This document shows, piece by piece, positions 37,131-50,519 of a stretch of 64,000 nt of DNA. Position numbers and translations under genes: made by a program. The notes beneath the pieces were generated by a model. The model was not told the origin of the DNA, made no database searches, and saw only the letters and a list, made by a program, of their open reading frames with translations. This DNA comes from Macrostomum lignano (Eukaryota). The stretch's first letter is position 1. Each line of letters starts with the position of its first letter. The stretch is taken from the NCBI GenBank assembly GCA_002269645.1, contig NIVC01003789.1, forward strand, positions 72,070 through 136,069, written 5' to 3'.

Positions 37131-40100
37131 GAAATGGAAAATTGAACGGGGAAAATTGAAAATCTGCTTTCAGCACAGAACAGGTGCAGAGAAAGCTTAC
37201 AGCAAAATTTAATTTCACGTTCACAAACTTGACTACTCATAGTAATGCGCATCGGTAATTTAGCTATTAGGCGCAATAAAAAAATGCAGGTAATTACCTT
37301 CTAGAGCTCCATCTCAATGCCAATGTCAAGCAAGTCCAGGTCGCCTTCGGCGAGCACCTCAGGGTGGCGCAAGCTGGGCTCGAACAGCTGACTGCCTCGC
37401 AGGTCAGGCTGAGCTGTGGTCGGCTACTCTGGTGCAGGCTGATCGGCTGGGTCGACTTCGCTGTTTTTGCTTGACTCATAGGGCAGCATTGGCCACTCTG
37501 TCTGGCGCGGCGGCTCCTGTGGTCAATTTGCCATCATCTGCGGCACCTTGATGATGTTGTTACAGTGAACTAGCATTTCAGCTAGGCATCCTCGGTGGGC
37601 TGTTGCTGGCTTGATCCAATATGCTACTTCTCCGACTTTCCTGACAACCTTGTATATACTTTTGTACGGCCGGTGGAACTTGGGCAGCTCTCCCAGTTCA
37701 AGCTTCGGGTTGGCCAGGCAGACCAGGTCTCCAGGCTGCAGCTCCACGGGCTTTGGCTGGTTCTCGTAGTACTCCTCTCAGCGCTGGATCTCAGCTCGCA
37801 GGCGTTGTCGTACCATCCTCTCTGTCTCGGCCAGTCTGCGCTAATGCTTGGCGATGTACTCCGGGAGATCAGCTGAAACATCCAGTCGGTCTAGAGTGTT
37901 ATTGATCGGATACCGGTAGGGCACTCCATAGACAACATAATGCGGCGAGAACCCGGTTGTACGATTGACTGCTGATCTTAAAGCTGTTAAAGCAGCTGGC
38001 AGCATCTTGTCCCATTGCGGATGGTCTTCTAGGAGACAGGTGAGCACCTTGATGTTCTTATTGCACGACTCGGCTTGTCCGTTGGCCCAGGGCAAATACG
38101 GCGGCGTCGTGGTCTGCCGGATGCCGTATACTTTGCAGAAGTGCTGGAACTCGTGTCCTGTGAACTGTTTCCCTTGATCGGAGTGAATCCATGCTGGGAT
38201 TCTGGTGATCAGAAACACTTGTTCCTGCAGGAGCGTTATAATGGTCTTGGCCCGCTGATTCTTCATGGCGAAGGCAAAGGGGTATTTCGATGTAGTGTCG
38301 ACATAGGTCAAGATGTACTTGTTTCCTCGGTCTGTCGGGTCTCCAGTGGGGCCCAGGATGTCGATCGCACATCGCCCATAGATTTCACAGACCGGAAACA
38401 ACTGTACATGCGCCAGAATTCGTCGCTGTCCCTTGCTTTGAGTGCAGGTCTGGCAGGAAGCAACATAGTCGGACACTGCCTTGGCTAGGGCAGGTCGCCA
38501 GAACTTTTCGCGCACCTTTGCGATGGTGAGGTCTCGGCCCATGTGTCCGCAGTAGGGCAAACCGTGGATGTCGGCGAACACCGTAGCGTCAAGACTCTTT
38601 GGCAGGATGATCCGCGCCGTTTCCTCCTCGCCGATATTGTCGAAATGAATTACCAGTAGTCCATCGTCTTGGACTTCGAGCTGCTCGTAGAACACTAGTA
38701 GGTTTCGTTCGTCTCGCGTCATATTCAAACGCTGATTCAGCGGCGGCTTTGGCTGTCGGCTTTCCAATAGATTGATCATCATGGCGATGGCAGAGTCAGC
38801 ACGTTGATGATTCTGGAGCTCCTCACGAGTGACTGGCCTCGGGATGTGATCAGTTAGATTCAATGTTGGGCGTCGGTTAGTCAAATTAGTCGGTGCGGCT
38901 TTGGCTATGGCGGCATGGTTCGGGGTCTAGAGCTCCCTCCGCACGATCGCTACTCTGGCCGGTTGCTGGGTCGTTGATGTGCCCGAAGGTTGATCCTCGT
39001 CGGTAGCTTCGGCGTCACTGTTGTCGGATTCAGATTGGTCAGCAGTTGATGATGAGTCAGCAGAGCTGTCCGCGTCGCTGCTGAATCTCACTCTTTTCTT
39101 GAACTTCAGGCAGCGAGCGGGTTGGCAGCTGTCCTCTCTGGCTGTGCTGTGGTCGCTGTCTGTGCCGTCTCCAGCTAGTAGTTGGCAGCTCCTTGACGGG
39201 CAACATGTTGTGCTACTGAAACTGGTAGGCGACCTCTGCGAGTCATCGTAACGGCTGGCTGATGGCCTCGGCTTCGTCGCCGGCGGGTGCAGCTCTGTCA
39301 GCGGCTTGCTGTCGGCTGTCGGTATTGCTGGCGGCGTAGCCTTGCCGTTGGACTCCTTCGGCTTTGTTGGCGGTTTCCGTCGCTTACGGCGGGTCGACGG
39401 CTTCTTGCTCAGTGGAAGGCTAGGGTAACTGCTGTCGTGGACCTTCGGCGCCGCTGCGCCAGTTATCGCGGCTGGCTGCTTACTTTGGACCTCATCAGCT
39501 GCCTCGTGCTGAGCCTCCTCCAAGCATTCGGCGTTGTCCTCCGGCCGTCTCGAGAGACCGTTGGTGTTTTGATGCTGACTCGATTTGCGATGCTGGATCT
39601 CGAACTCGAATTTGCTTAGCCGCTGTAGCCATCGTCCGAAGATGCCTACTTGTTGAGTTCCCTGGAGAATCCAGGTCAATGCTGCATGGTCAGTTCGACA
39701 AATGAACTTCTTGGCCAGCAGGTAGAAGCGGAAATGTCGCATGCCATCTACGACTACCAAGAGTTCTTGCTTAGTAATTGGATATTGGGCTTCAGCCGGT
39801 TTAAGTCGCCGGGAGAAATAGTCAATTGGGTGCTCAATCCCGTCAGCTTGGCGTTGGCTCAGGCAGGCTCCAATTCTGGTCGCAGAAGTATCCGTGTCCA
39901 GGATAAACATTACTTCTGGATCCTCGCTGAACTGCGGATACGCGAGCACTGATGTCGAAGTCATGGCTGCTTTGAGCTGATCGAACGCGTCTTGCTAGGC
40001 TATTCCCCATAGACAATTGAAATTTCTAATCTTCTTTTCCTTGATTAAGTCGTGGAGCGGAGCTGCAAGTTCTGCGTAGCCAGGTACGAATTTAGCATAG

Positions 40101-42045
40101 TAAGCGCACGTGCAGACAAAACTTTTAAGTTGTCGAGCTGTTCTTGGTCTTGGCCAGGTCTGAATAGCCTCAATCTTCGCCAGATCGGTCTTGATTCCGT
40201 CCTTAGTAACTAGATGTCCCAGATAGTTTAGACTTGCCCGAAAAAAATGGCACTTCCTGCCTTTGAACTTTAAGTTGGCCTCTTGAATTCGCTTAAATAC
40301 TTCCTCCATACGCTGTAGATGGTCATTAAATTTCTTAGAATAAACAATTACGTCATCTAGGTAGGCTATTGCATTTTTATAGGTGATTCCATTGAGCACA
40401 GCATTCATGAGGCGCATGAAGCTGGCTGGTGCTGAGCTTAATCCCATAGGCATAACATTGTAGGCGAATTGTCCGCGGTGCAATGTCAGATCCTGATCCT
40501 CTGGATGCAGTGGAATCTGATAGTAGCCGCTATTGAGGTCGAACGTGCTGAATAGCTGGCTTCCTTCGAGGCTGGCGAATGCTTCTTGAATGTTAGGAAT
40601 CGGGTATGGAAAGTACTCACATTTTTTGTTTAGACTCCTGAAGTCTTGTACAATTCTCAGGCTGCCGTCCTTCTTCGGGATGATCACCAGTGGGGTGTTG
40701 TAGCTGGAGAAGCTCGGTCTAATCACGCCTTTGGCAAGCAGATCATCAAGTAGCTGGTCCACCTTGGGCAGCAGATGCGGCGGAATCCGCCGGGTCGGCA
40801 GATGTACAGGATTCTTGTCCTTCAATACGATGTTGTGGGTGACCAGGTGAGTTCGGTCAAGATCGTGTGGCCCCTGCAAGAAGATGGTCTTGTACTTCTT
40901 CAATAGCTCGATGACTTGAGCGTGCTGGTCGTTGGACAAGTCCTCGCCAATGTCGATCTCTTTGATCCAAGTGTCAGGATCTTCGTCTTGAACTTGATTA
41001 ACTGAAGCTTCTAGCTTCGGCAGTGGAAAGAATTGTAACTCGGGCAGTCTGATTGGTTTAGCAATCCCAACTAGGGCATTCGCTTGCACTTTGATGGAAG
41101 TAGTGCCTCAATTGATCATTTCAATAGCGCCTTCTCCATTGGCCATAGATATTAGGGCAGGTGCGGCGTCCAGTTGCTGCATATCTTCTTCACGCCGAGC
41201 CGGTTTTAGCGGCTCGATCACAGCGGGTGTGCCCTGGTTTTCTTCTTGTCCTTTTGCTAGTTTAATCTTGATTCGGGCTGATGATAACGGCGGCATGGTT
41301 GTGCTCTCAGCCGTGTAGATTCTGCACATGGTAGCTTTGGTTCGCATATAGGGCAGTGGTGCGGCAGTGCCATCTTTGAAAAATAGCATCCTGGCGGCGA
41401 GATCCAGTGATGTACTGTACTTCTCTAGGAACTCGAAGCCCAGGATGTTGTCATGAGATCCCTTCGATAGCAGAAACTTGACTGTAGGCTCGAAACTTCC
41501 AATTTTAACTTTGATTGATAGTTGGCCTGCCATTTGAATAGGCTCTCCATTGCAGGTCACAATGCGTTGCAGGCAGGGCTCGATTTGGCCACGCAAGGTC
41601 GGGTCATCGGTACATAGTCGGTGCCAGGTGCTGAATCCTAGGACTTCGCACTTGGAGCCAGTGTCAAGCAGGAAAGCAAAATAACGACCCTGAATCTCAC
41701 CAGTTAGAAATAGATCCCTTCGGGGTCGCTTGGGTGCAGAGTTCTATACAGGTACAGCGGAGGCAGTCTCAGCAGTGGCCTGCTGAGCAACTAAAGTCCT
41801 CGGCAGGGACCTTAGTGCTGGCTTGGCTGCTGGATGGCGCTGCCCCCGTTGGCGCGTCCAGCCATCCCGTTTCCCGAGCTGCCATTGTGCTGGGGCGCGG
41901 TGCTGGCTGACCACTGGTGCGGGCACTCATCGGCGTGGTGCTCGCGATTGCACCTGTAACACATAGTGCTCTGTTGCCGCAGCTGATAGGGCGGTGGGCG
42001 TGAACCCGACTGTTGCTGCCACTGCGGCTGCTGCTGCTGCTGCTG

Positions 42046-43810
42046 TTGTTGTTGTTGTTGTTTAAGCTGGCAAATCCGGGGGCGGTTCTCCCGGCCACTC
42101 CACCACCACCACCGGCCGCAACCCCTGGAGCCACCTCCAGAACTCCAACGGCCGCGCCGTGGTGTCCGTAAGGCTACTGACGCCCTCAATCCCGTACCGC
42201 CTTCTACCTCTCGCAAGCGCCAAACAGTTGCATATGTGCTCCACCGTCTCCACCTCCTCCTCGCACGCCCTGCACGCCGCACTGCCGTCATTGCCCAGCT
42301 TGGCTCGGTAACCAGCCAGGTCCAGCGAGTGACCCGTCCGGAAACGCCTGAAGCGAACGGCCTCCTCCCTGCTGCGAAACGGTAGCTCCGGCGGCTTCCT
42401 GCCCTTAGCACCGTAGGTCGCTTTGCTCCGGTCATGCTTCCACTCCTCCTGCCTTCGCAGCCACTGACTGAGCTCACGCGCCACCGTACTGGAGAGGACT
42501 CCAACACCGCCTTGGTCTAATTGCGTCGCCTCGCCTGCCACCTTGTCCGCCGCTTCATTCCCCCACAAGCCGCTATGTCCCGCCACCCAACCCAGCTGCA
42601 CCTCAATGCCCGTCTCTCCCAGCCTCTCCAGCCTGCAACGGGCCTCCGCGGCCAGCGGGTTCTTGCCACTCCTCGCAATGGCTGCCAGCCCGCTTTGGCT
42701 GTCGCTGATCATCACAGCCGCCTGCCCGTCCCGCAACTCCTCCTCCATCCACCTCAATCCCAGCAGAATGGCCCTGAGCTCCGCCTGCGTGGATGAGCAA
42801 GGTGAGCCCGCCGGCGCTCTCAGCTCGGCTAGCACCGTCCGCTTGCCCTCCCGGTCATTGTCGCTCGGAGCGCACACCACCGCTCCCGCCCCTCCTTTGC
42901 CGTTTTCCACAGACCCATCGGTGTAGATGATGCAGTCTGGCCTCCTCTGCTCCATCAGCAGTCCAATTCTTTCCAGCGCCTTCCTCTTGTCTTCCTCCGC
43001 CACTCCCTCTCTCTTCCCGAGTGCCTTCACCACTGCCTCCTGGCCTCTTCTCCACGGCTTCTCCAGCGGTCGTTCCTCCAACGGCGCTACCACCATACTC
43101 GCCCTAACAAGCAGCTCCTCCGCCTGACTCCGCCAGCCCCGCCTCGACAGTCGCTGCCTGGGTCGAGAGTCGGCCAGACGCCGTCTGCTGTCCTCCGTCT
43201 TGTGCCTGCGCCATCGATCCAGCTTCGCCGCCCAGCGCGCCTGACAAATCTGACGCACGGGCACCAGTCCGCTCTCCGCTTGCAGGGCCTCGACCGGGGT
43301 AGTAGCCACCGCTCCCGTCATAATCCTCGCCGCGCACCTCTGCAAAACCTCCAGCCGCTGCCAGTCCACGTTCGCGAGCCAGGGCGTCCAGGCAGGAGCA
43401 CCGTACAGTAGCCGGCTCTGCATCAAGGCCACATAGGTCTGCCTGCCCAGCTTCAGGTCCCAGCCCCAGCTGCTGCTCGACACCCGCCGAAGTAGCGCCA
43501 GCTTCTTCCTACCTTCCGCGATGACTCCGTTCAAGTGCATCTTGAACGTGAGTCGCCTGTCGTAGGTGAGGCCAAGGAACCGTGGCTCACGGCACCACGT
43601 CAGCGGTCTGCCTCCCAGGCGCACATCATGCTCTAGCGGCTCGACTTCTTGCTTTTGGGTGCTGAAGCAGGTCAGGGAACACTTGCCCGCCGCGAGAGGC
43701 AGCAGCCACCTGTCGCTCCAGCTTTCCACCTGCGCCGCCGCTTCCGCCTGGACCTCCATCAGCCGCTCCATCTTGTTGCCGCTAGTCCACGTCGCCAAAT
43801 CGTCCGCGAA
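42046..43810 (-). mobile_element. 5'-truncated RNase H-bearing LINE inserted in the Gypsy gag
   Basis: Begins at the RT FADD motif; FLGLTYD thumb, YTDGS..AEL..SDSQ..WVAGHSGLWGNEAAD RNase H, CRAC..H..C knuckle; TAA followed by a (CAA)5 tail; (CAG)6-7 on both sides. Confidence 0.92.
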
Positions 43811-46519
43811 CTGCTGCTGCTGCTGCTGCTGTCGACGTTGACCTCCTGCTGGCGGCGTCCTTGGCGGTGGGTTGCTGCCATCTCGTGGTTGCTGAAGTCG
43901 ATAGAACTGCTCGTGCTGCACAATCCGTGTGCCGGGTGTCTTGAATTGGGCGCTCTTATCGGCGCTGCGGCGAGGAGTCGAGGGCACCAAACATCTGTTG
44001 CGTTGGCCCCAAGAGTCCTGCGGCTGGTGGCGAGCAGATTCCCAATGCTCCTGGGTGTCGTTATTGCGCGGTACCAGCGAGTGAAACTCTCACAGCCCAT
44101 TGCTCAAAGCTTCTAGTAGACGTTGCTGCTCTTGCAGTGTCTCAGTTTGCTGTTCTATCACTTCATGCAACCAATTCTCCTCGGGCCAAGATGACTTGTC
44201 GTGTTGCACTCCAGTTGGTGACTAACCATCGTCATCCTCAAGAACCCGGACATGTCTCGCTGCTAGCGGCGGTGCTACCCTCTGAGCCAGACTAGCTGCT
44301 GTCTCCAGGCGTAGCACAGCCCTTCTCGCTGTGGTCAGATTCTGCGGTCGCACCAGGATTAGCTGTTCTCTGGCTGACTGGGCAATTTGCACTCCCACAG
44401 TGAACTGGTCCACTAGCTCGACTTGCTTCTGAACCAGGGTGAAGTGCAGGAACGCTCTATCGGCCAGAGCAATTAATCGATCGCCATAGTCATCCACACT
44501 CTCATTCTTGCCTTGCTGGCAGCACCGGAATTGCTCACGGTACTCCAGCGTGTCAGCCACGTGCGTGAAGCGCTTGGACAATCTCTGCTTGAATTCGCCA
44601 AACGTCAGATTGTCCGGCAGTTCCATCCTGACGACTGCAGGATAGGTGGTGGCGATGTCCAAATTCACTAAGACTTCCGCCTTCTTACATCTGTCGTCCA
44701 CAATCCCGTTGAGTTCGCAACGCTCCTCGAGAGCCTGGATCCAGACATCAAAGTCCTGGTTCGGAGTGTACCGCTGAATCTTGACCGGTTTCGGCGCTGG
44801 AGCTCAGTCAGGCTGTTGGGGCGGCTGATACACGTGGTGATGGTGCTGCAGCTGTCCCAAGTCGCCGTCGCACCTCTTTGGTCACTGCTCGAATCATCTC
44901 GTCGTAGGTTGGCCTAGTAGTTGAGTTGTTGGGGCCCGCGGTGTCGGCTGTCGCATCCGCGGTCGTTGAGTTAGTTGTCGAAGCCATGACGTAAATTTTG
45001 AACGACTCGTTGAAGGGATTTTGGCGTTTCGTTATCCCACTTAGCTGACCACCAATGAGGTGGGGGTGGAGAAGAATTTTCTTGGAACTCTCGGTTTCGA
45101 AATATGCTGACACTAGTGAAGTGGGGCGGATTCCTCGTTTGAATTGCCGCCGGCATTGTAGAAGCACGAATAAAGCCAGAAAATGCAAAAATTGATGCAC
45201 TGACTCTTCTCCTTGGATACTCCATCTGCCAGGTCCTCAATTCCGGGGGGAGGGTAGTTGTAATCGTAGTTGAGCAGTCTTGTAGCAGCCCAAGTCGTTC
45301 AGAAGGGGTCCTCAGACACCGTAAACTCGTAATTCGTTGAGATTGCTAGTTGTGTTATTCTCAGTAGTAAAGAAGTGCTGCCACCACCGTAAATGTCGTT
45401 TTATGGAATGTTGAGGGTCTCAGAGCTTTCTTTGAGTTGAGACTGATTGGTTATTTTATGCCCCGCGAGCAAGAAACTCAATATAAACTAGAGGCTTCGA
45501 TTAAGACCGACTGGATAAATATTAATGATATTTGCGAACTTATTATTATTTCGTTATTATTATTATCGTTTAATTTTGTGGTAGTCAGTGATTAAGAAAT
45601 TGTTATTACTCACAAAGTTAATTGATTAAAAGACAAGCTAATTGACTAATAAATGAAATTAGGCGATAGAGTAATTGTTACATACTACAATTAGATGGAT
45701 GATTATGAGACAGTGCCATGCAACTATCAGAAAACTAACAAGGCTAAGTTGAGTCACGGCCTATAAGATCAAACTAAAACAACCAAGAAGAAAGAAGAAA
45801 GGGGGGAGGGGGGTTGACAAACTAAAGCAACGCCAAAGATTAAATACCAAAAGAATGCAAAAAAAACAATCAGGGGGACACCAGAGGGAACACAGGGAAA
45901 AAGTGGAAAAAGTGGACAAACCCGGGTGGAAAACGGCAAAACAAAGTGGGACCAAGGGAAGGGGCAACTGATAGACCAGAGGTGGGAACAACGGGGGGAA
46001 GAAGACAGTTCAACCAGGAGAGCCGAAATGACGCCAAAGAATCGTCCGCCGGGTGGAAGCATTCCGCGTCGCCAACTGTTGCCGAAGCCCCAGTGGTAGA
46101 CCGGCCTACCATAGTATGAAAACAAAACTTTCGACACTTGTAGATTTTTGCATTGCGCATCCAACTGCACTGCTTTGAAGCCCAAAATCAAAAAGCTTTG
46201 TAGGAAAAAGGGGCAAAATAATAAAATGAGGGTCATTTTTTACCCAAAAAACCTACCAAAACTGTATAAAGATGCAGAAATAAATCAAAGCGCCATATAC
46301 AATTTTGTTTGAAAAGTTTGAACTGATATGCTGTCTGTCTAGAGTTTGTAAATAGCCACTTACACGATCAATTCATGTGTCATTACTAATTTGTCATTAC
46401 AGTTGGCAATTGAGGAAAGAAATACACATTTTTGTGCACAAAACTTTTGTGAAAGAAACAATGAAGTTACATTAAAGGTGCGGGCCAAATTACAATAATT
46501 AAGATTAAGAAAGTTTGTA

Positions 46520-46581
46520 GCCCATAAAGAAAGTATTTGCGGGCTGGATCTGGCCTGTGGGCCAGAGGTTGCCAACCCCTG
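46520..46581 (-). mobile_element. Possible hAT/Charlie-type MITE end
   Basis: Reverse complement reads caggggttggcaacctctggcccacaggccagatccagcccgc; partner end not found. Confidence 0.35.
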
Positions 46582-48696
46582 AAATAAAAAGTAAAACAGG
46601 ATATTTTGGTCATTAGTGAGTAGTACAAAATGAGCCTTCTTGAGACTATAATTAATTATTTATTTATAGTAAAACAGTGAAAAATTGTGAAGCAGTCAAC
46701 TTGGACTTCAAAAAATATTTCTAGTGGTTATTATTCATTTATTCAACTATATTAATAAGGCATAAAAATAATAGTTTCTATCAAAGCTTTTTTTAAACTT
46801 ATCCATCTTTTAAAATGCCTTTTCTGATACATTATCTTCAAACAAATGTTTGCAGATTTGTTTCTTATCATTTATTGCACTTTTTTGCTATGCTATCCAT
46901 ATTGCTAAAATGCCTATGAAAATAAACAATAAAAATGGTGAACTTTAAATTATGCTTGTTTAGTTATTTAAAATATATTTGTTTCATTATATTTATAACT
47001 AAAAAGTACCAGATTTCCCTTTAAATAGAAATAAAAGATATGCTGTGCTTTATTTTACTGCTATCAATGAACAATGATATTAAAATATACTAAAGCTCAT
47101 TGCTAGCTTTTGTATAGGCCTATGTTATATTACCAATATTGCTTAATATTAGGTTAAAATATAAAATTCTGCATAGGATTTTTTAAATTTAATTTAATTT
47201 TGTTTTATTGAATATTTATCAATTATATATATAGGCTTTAGCCTATTTAGTCTTGTCCAATGATTCCTATATATACATACCATATATATACTATATATAT
47301 TGTTTTACTAGCCTAAATGATCTATTAGTATTAGTTTTAAATATATACTATGAATTAGACTTATTTCCTATGTTAAGTTAAAAATATATATATTGGCTTG
47401 CATGATATAGAATTAGATCAACATAATAGATTAGCATATCAAGATTGAATTTGGCTTTTCTATTATCAAGATCTCTATCTCCATTTTACAAAATCTATAC
47501 ACTAATTTTGCACTGTTTGTTTGTTAGTCAGTCAGTCAGTCAATCTGTTGTTAATTTTTTTAGAACCCTCTGGCCAATTTTTTTCAAATTTGCATTAAAA
47601 ATTGTAATTTTTTCAACAATCATGCAAAACTTTTTTGTTGAAAAATTTTAATGGAAAGTAGGTCAAATATTCAAAAAAACTATTTTTTAATGCTTCCAAT
47701 GGACGCTCTATTGCTAAATTTAATTGTTCAATTCAACCATTTAGTCCTCTCCTTGACCAATGTACAATGTAGGATGTACATTCACAATGATCCTTTGCAC
47801 AATTTGTGGGGTTGGTTGAATTTTATTATTGTTTACCAACCAATCTAATAGATAAATGATAAAAGAGTGGGTGCATAGGGGGTTAAAAAGCTGGCCTGAA
47901 ATTTATCAACCCCCTAAACTGCACTGGGGGCTGGAGGCAGTAGCTAATGTGCCCAATTAATTCAGATTCATTTGGCCAATTGGTATATAAAATTTATACC
48001 AATTCTTAGTGAGTCAACTATTTGAAAAACAAAAACAAATGCAGGCTTGGGTTGAGGAATGAAGTGGGGTGCAAGGGTTTTGTTGGATAGATTAAAGCCC
48101 CCAATCAGTTTTCTTGCATCTTTTATTGCAGAATATTCCAAGAGAAATTGATCACTGGTGCATAGAGTGGCGACTTTTCAATGTTGCTGTATATATATAA
48201 AATTTCAAACAGTGAAAAAATAAATTTGGAAGTTGGTCAAATGATGTTTTTCTTGCTTTTAATGTTTGGATTTTGAATTTGAATGGCCCATTGGGGCTTA
48301 ATGCACTAGTTTAGACTACTTATTTTATAAAATTTGTCTTAATGCTTATTTGCTTTGCTTTTGGGTAAGATTTTAGGATTACTAAGACGCAAATTAGTAA
48401 TCCTAATCCTGATAACCACATAATATCAGGACATACCAAGGCATATCAGTACACACCAAGGCACACCAGGACACACTAAAACAAAGGCTAAAAAGTTTTA
48501 TTTTCAGCAAAATGTACATCAAATAGTATTACAGAATTAGCAATAATATATAATAATATCCAAATAGATTGCTCAAATTTATATTTCAAACTCTTACATG
48601 TTAATACTGTTTGTTACATTGTAAACAGTATTATCTGGGTTTCATCCATGATTATAAATTATCATTATGCAACATTTCAATGCGGTCAAAGCAGAC

Positions 48697-50519
48697 ATGT
48701 CAATTCTGGTAATGTCCCTTTGCCTAGCCGGCAGTCTGGCGCTCCTGTTCCTGGCTGTCTACCTGTTGATGACCCTCTCCGATCTGGACTGCGACTATTT
48801 GAATGTTCGGGAAGCCTGCGACCGGCTCAACAAATGGGTATGGCCGGAGGCTGCTGTGGCCGCTGCTGTGCCCATCCTGCTGCTGCTGACCCTGCACTGG
48901 GTCCTGTTCCTGCTGTCAGCGCCTCTGCCCTGCTACCTCATTTATCGCTGCTTAACCCTGCCGAAAGGTCAGATCGGCTTGTTCGATCCGTTCGAAATCA
49001 ATAATCGCAACTATATTAAACGGGCGATGTACTTTTGCACCTTTAAGCTCGTGCATTACCTGCTTCTGTTCTTTGTCCTGCTGTACAGGTGCGTTTGGGT
49101 TCACTTTATCTGTCTGAATCTGCCATACCGCTCCCTGCTCCCCACAGTGCCTGATTCTGCCACCCCGCTCCCTGCTCCCCACAGTGCCTGGATCTGCTAC
49201 ATCGCTCCCTGCTCTCCCAGTGCCTGAATCTGCCACACCGCTCCCTGCCCCCCCAGTGCCTGAATCTGCCACACCGCTCCCTGCTCCCCCAGTGCCTGAA
49301 TCTGCCACACCGCTCCCTGCTCTCCCAGTGCCTGAATCTGCCACACCGCTCCCTGCTCTCCCAGTGCCTGAATCTGCCACACCGCTCCCTGCTCCCCAGT
49401 GCCTGAATCTGCCACACCGCTCCCTGCTCTCCCAGTGCCTGAATCTGCCTCACCGCTCCCTGCTCCCCAGTGCCTGAATCTGCCACACCGCTCCCTGCTC
49501 CCCCAGTGCCTGAATCTGCCACACCGCTCCCTGCTCCCCCCAGTGCCTGAATCTGCCACACCGCTCCCTGCTCCCCCAGTGCCTGGATCTGCCACACCGC
49601 TCCCTGCTCCCCCAGTGCCTGAATCTGCCACACCGCTCCCTGCTCCCCCAGTGCCTGAATCTGCCACACCGCTCCCTGCTCCCCCAGTGCCTGAATCTGC
49701 CACACCGCTCCCTGCTCCCCCAGTGCCTGAATCTGCCACACCGCTCCCTGCTCCCCAGTGCCTGAATCTGCCACACCGCTCCCTGCTCCCCCAGTGCCTG
49801 GATCTGCCACACCGCTCCCTGCTCCCCCAGTGCCTGGATCTGCCATCGCTCCCTGCTCCCCCAGTGCCTGAATCTGCCACACACCGCTCCCTGCTCCCCC
49901 AGTGCCTGGATCTGCCACACCGCTCCCTGCTCCCCCAGTGCCTGGATCTGCCATCGCTCCCTGCTCCCCCAGTGCCTGAATCTGCCACACCGCCCCCGCT
50001 CACTCAGTGCCTGGATCTGCCACACCGCTCCCTGCTCCCCCAGTGCCTGGATCTGCCATCGCTCCCTGCTCCCCCAGTGCCTGAATCTGCCACACCGCCC
50101 CCCGCTCACTCAGTGCCTGGATCTGCCACACCGCTCCCTGCTCCCCCAGTGCCTGGATCTGCCATCGCTCCCTGCTCCCCCAGTGCCTGAATCTGCCACA
50201 CCACCCCCCGCTCACTCAGTGCCTGGATCTGCCACACACCGCTCCCTGCTCACTCAATGCCTGAATCTGCCACCCCGCTCCCTAAAACTAAAAAGTACCA
50301 GATTTCCCTTTAAATAGAAATAAAAGATATGCTGTGCTTTGTTTTACTGCTATCAATGAACAATGATATTAAAATATACTAAAGCTCATTGCTAGCTTTT
50401 GTATAGGCCTATGTTATATTACCAATATTGCTTAATAATTAGGTTAAAATATAAAATTCTGCATAGGATCACCCCGCTTCAATTGCAGCATAATCTACTA
50501 TCTGGTGGCCGGTGAATAG
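48697..50519 (+). CDS. CNIH4: Cornichon family protein (CNIH4-like), two exons: 48697-49088 and 50489-50519
   Basis: TLSDLDCDYLN..LNKWVWPE..LHW..GLFDPFEINNR..KL..Y; a phase-2 GT-AG intron joins LYS|IIYYLVAGE-stop. Confidence 0.88.
49115..50285. repeat. ~33-bp intronic minisatellite
   Basis: cccagtgcctgaatctgccacaccgctccctgct units, with variants, fill the cornichon intron. Confidence 0.97.

Larger units (their letters stand above)
34158..46113 (-). mobile_element. Large Ty3/Gypsy LTR retrotransposon with ~1-kb LTRs, older and degenerate
   Basis: LTRs 34158-35196 and 45056-46113 with many differences; TSD GTAT; PBS-like TGGTGGTCAGC; gag (~44780-41800) with CYRCNREHHADEC, protease LLDTGS, RT YLDD (41089-39995), RNase H and integrase (38884-37523). 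Confidence 0.92.
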
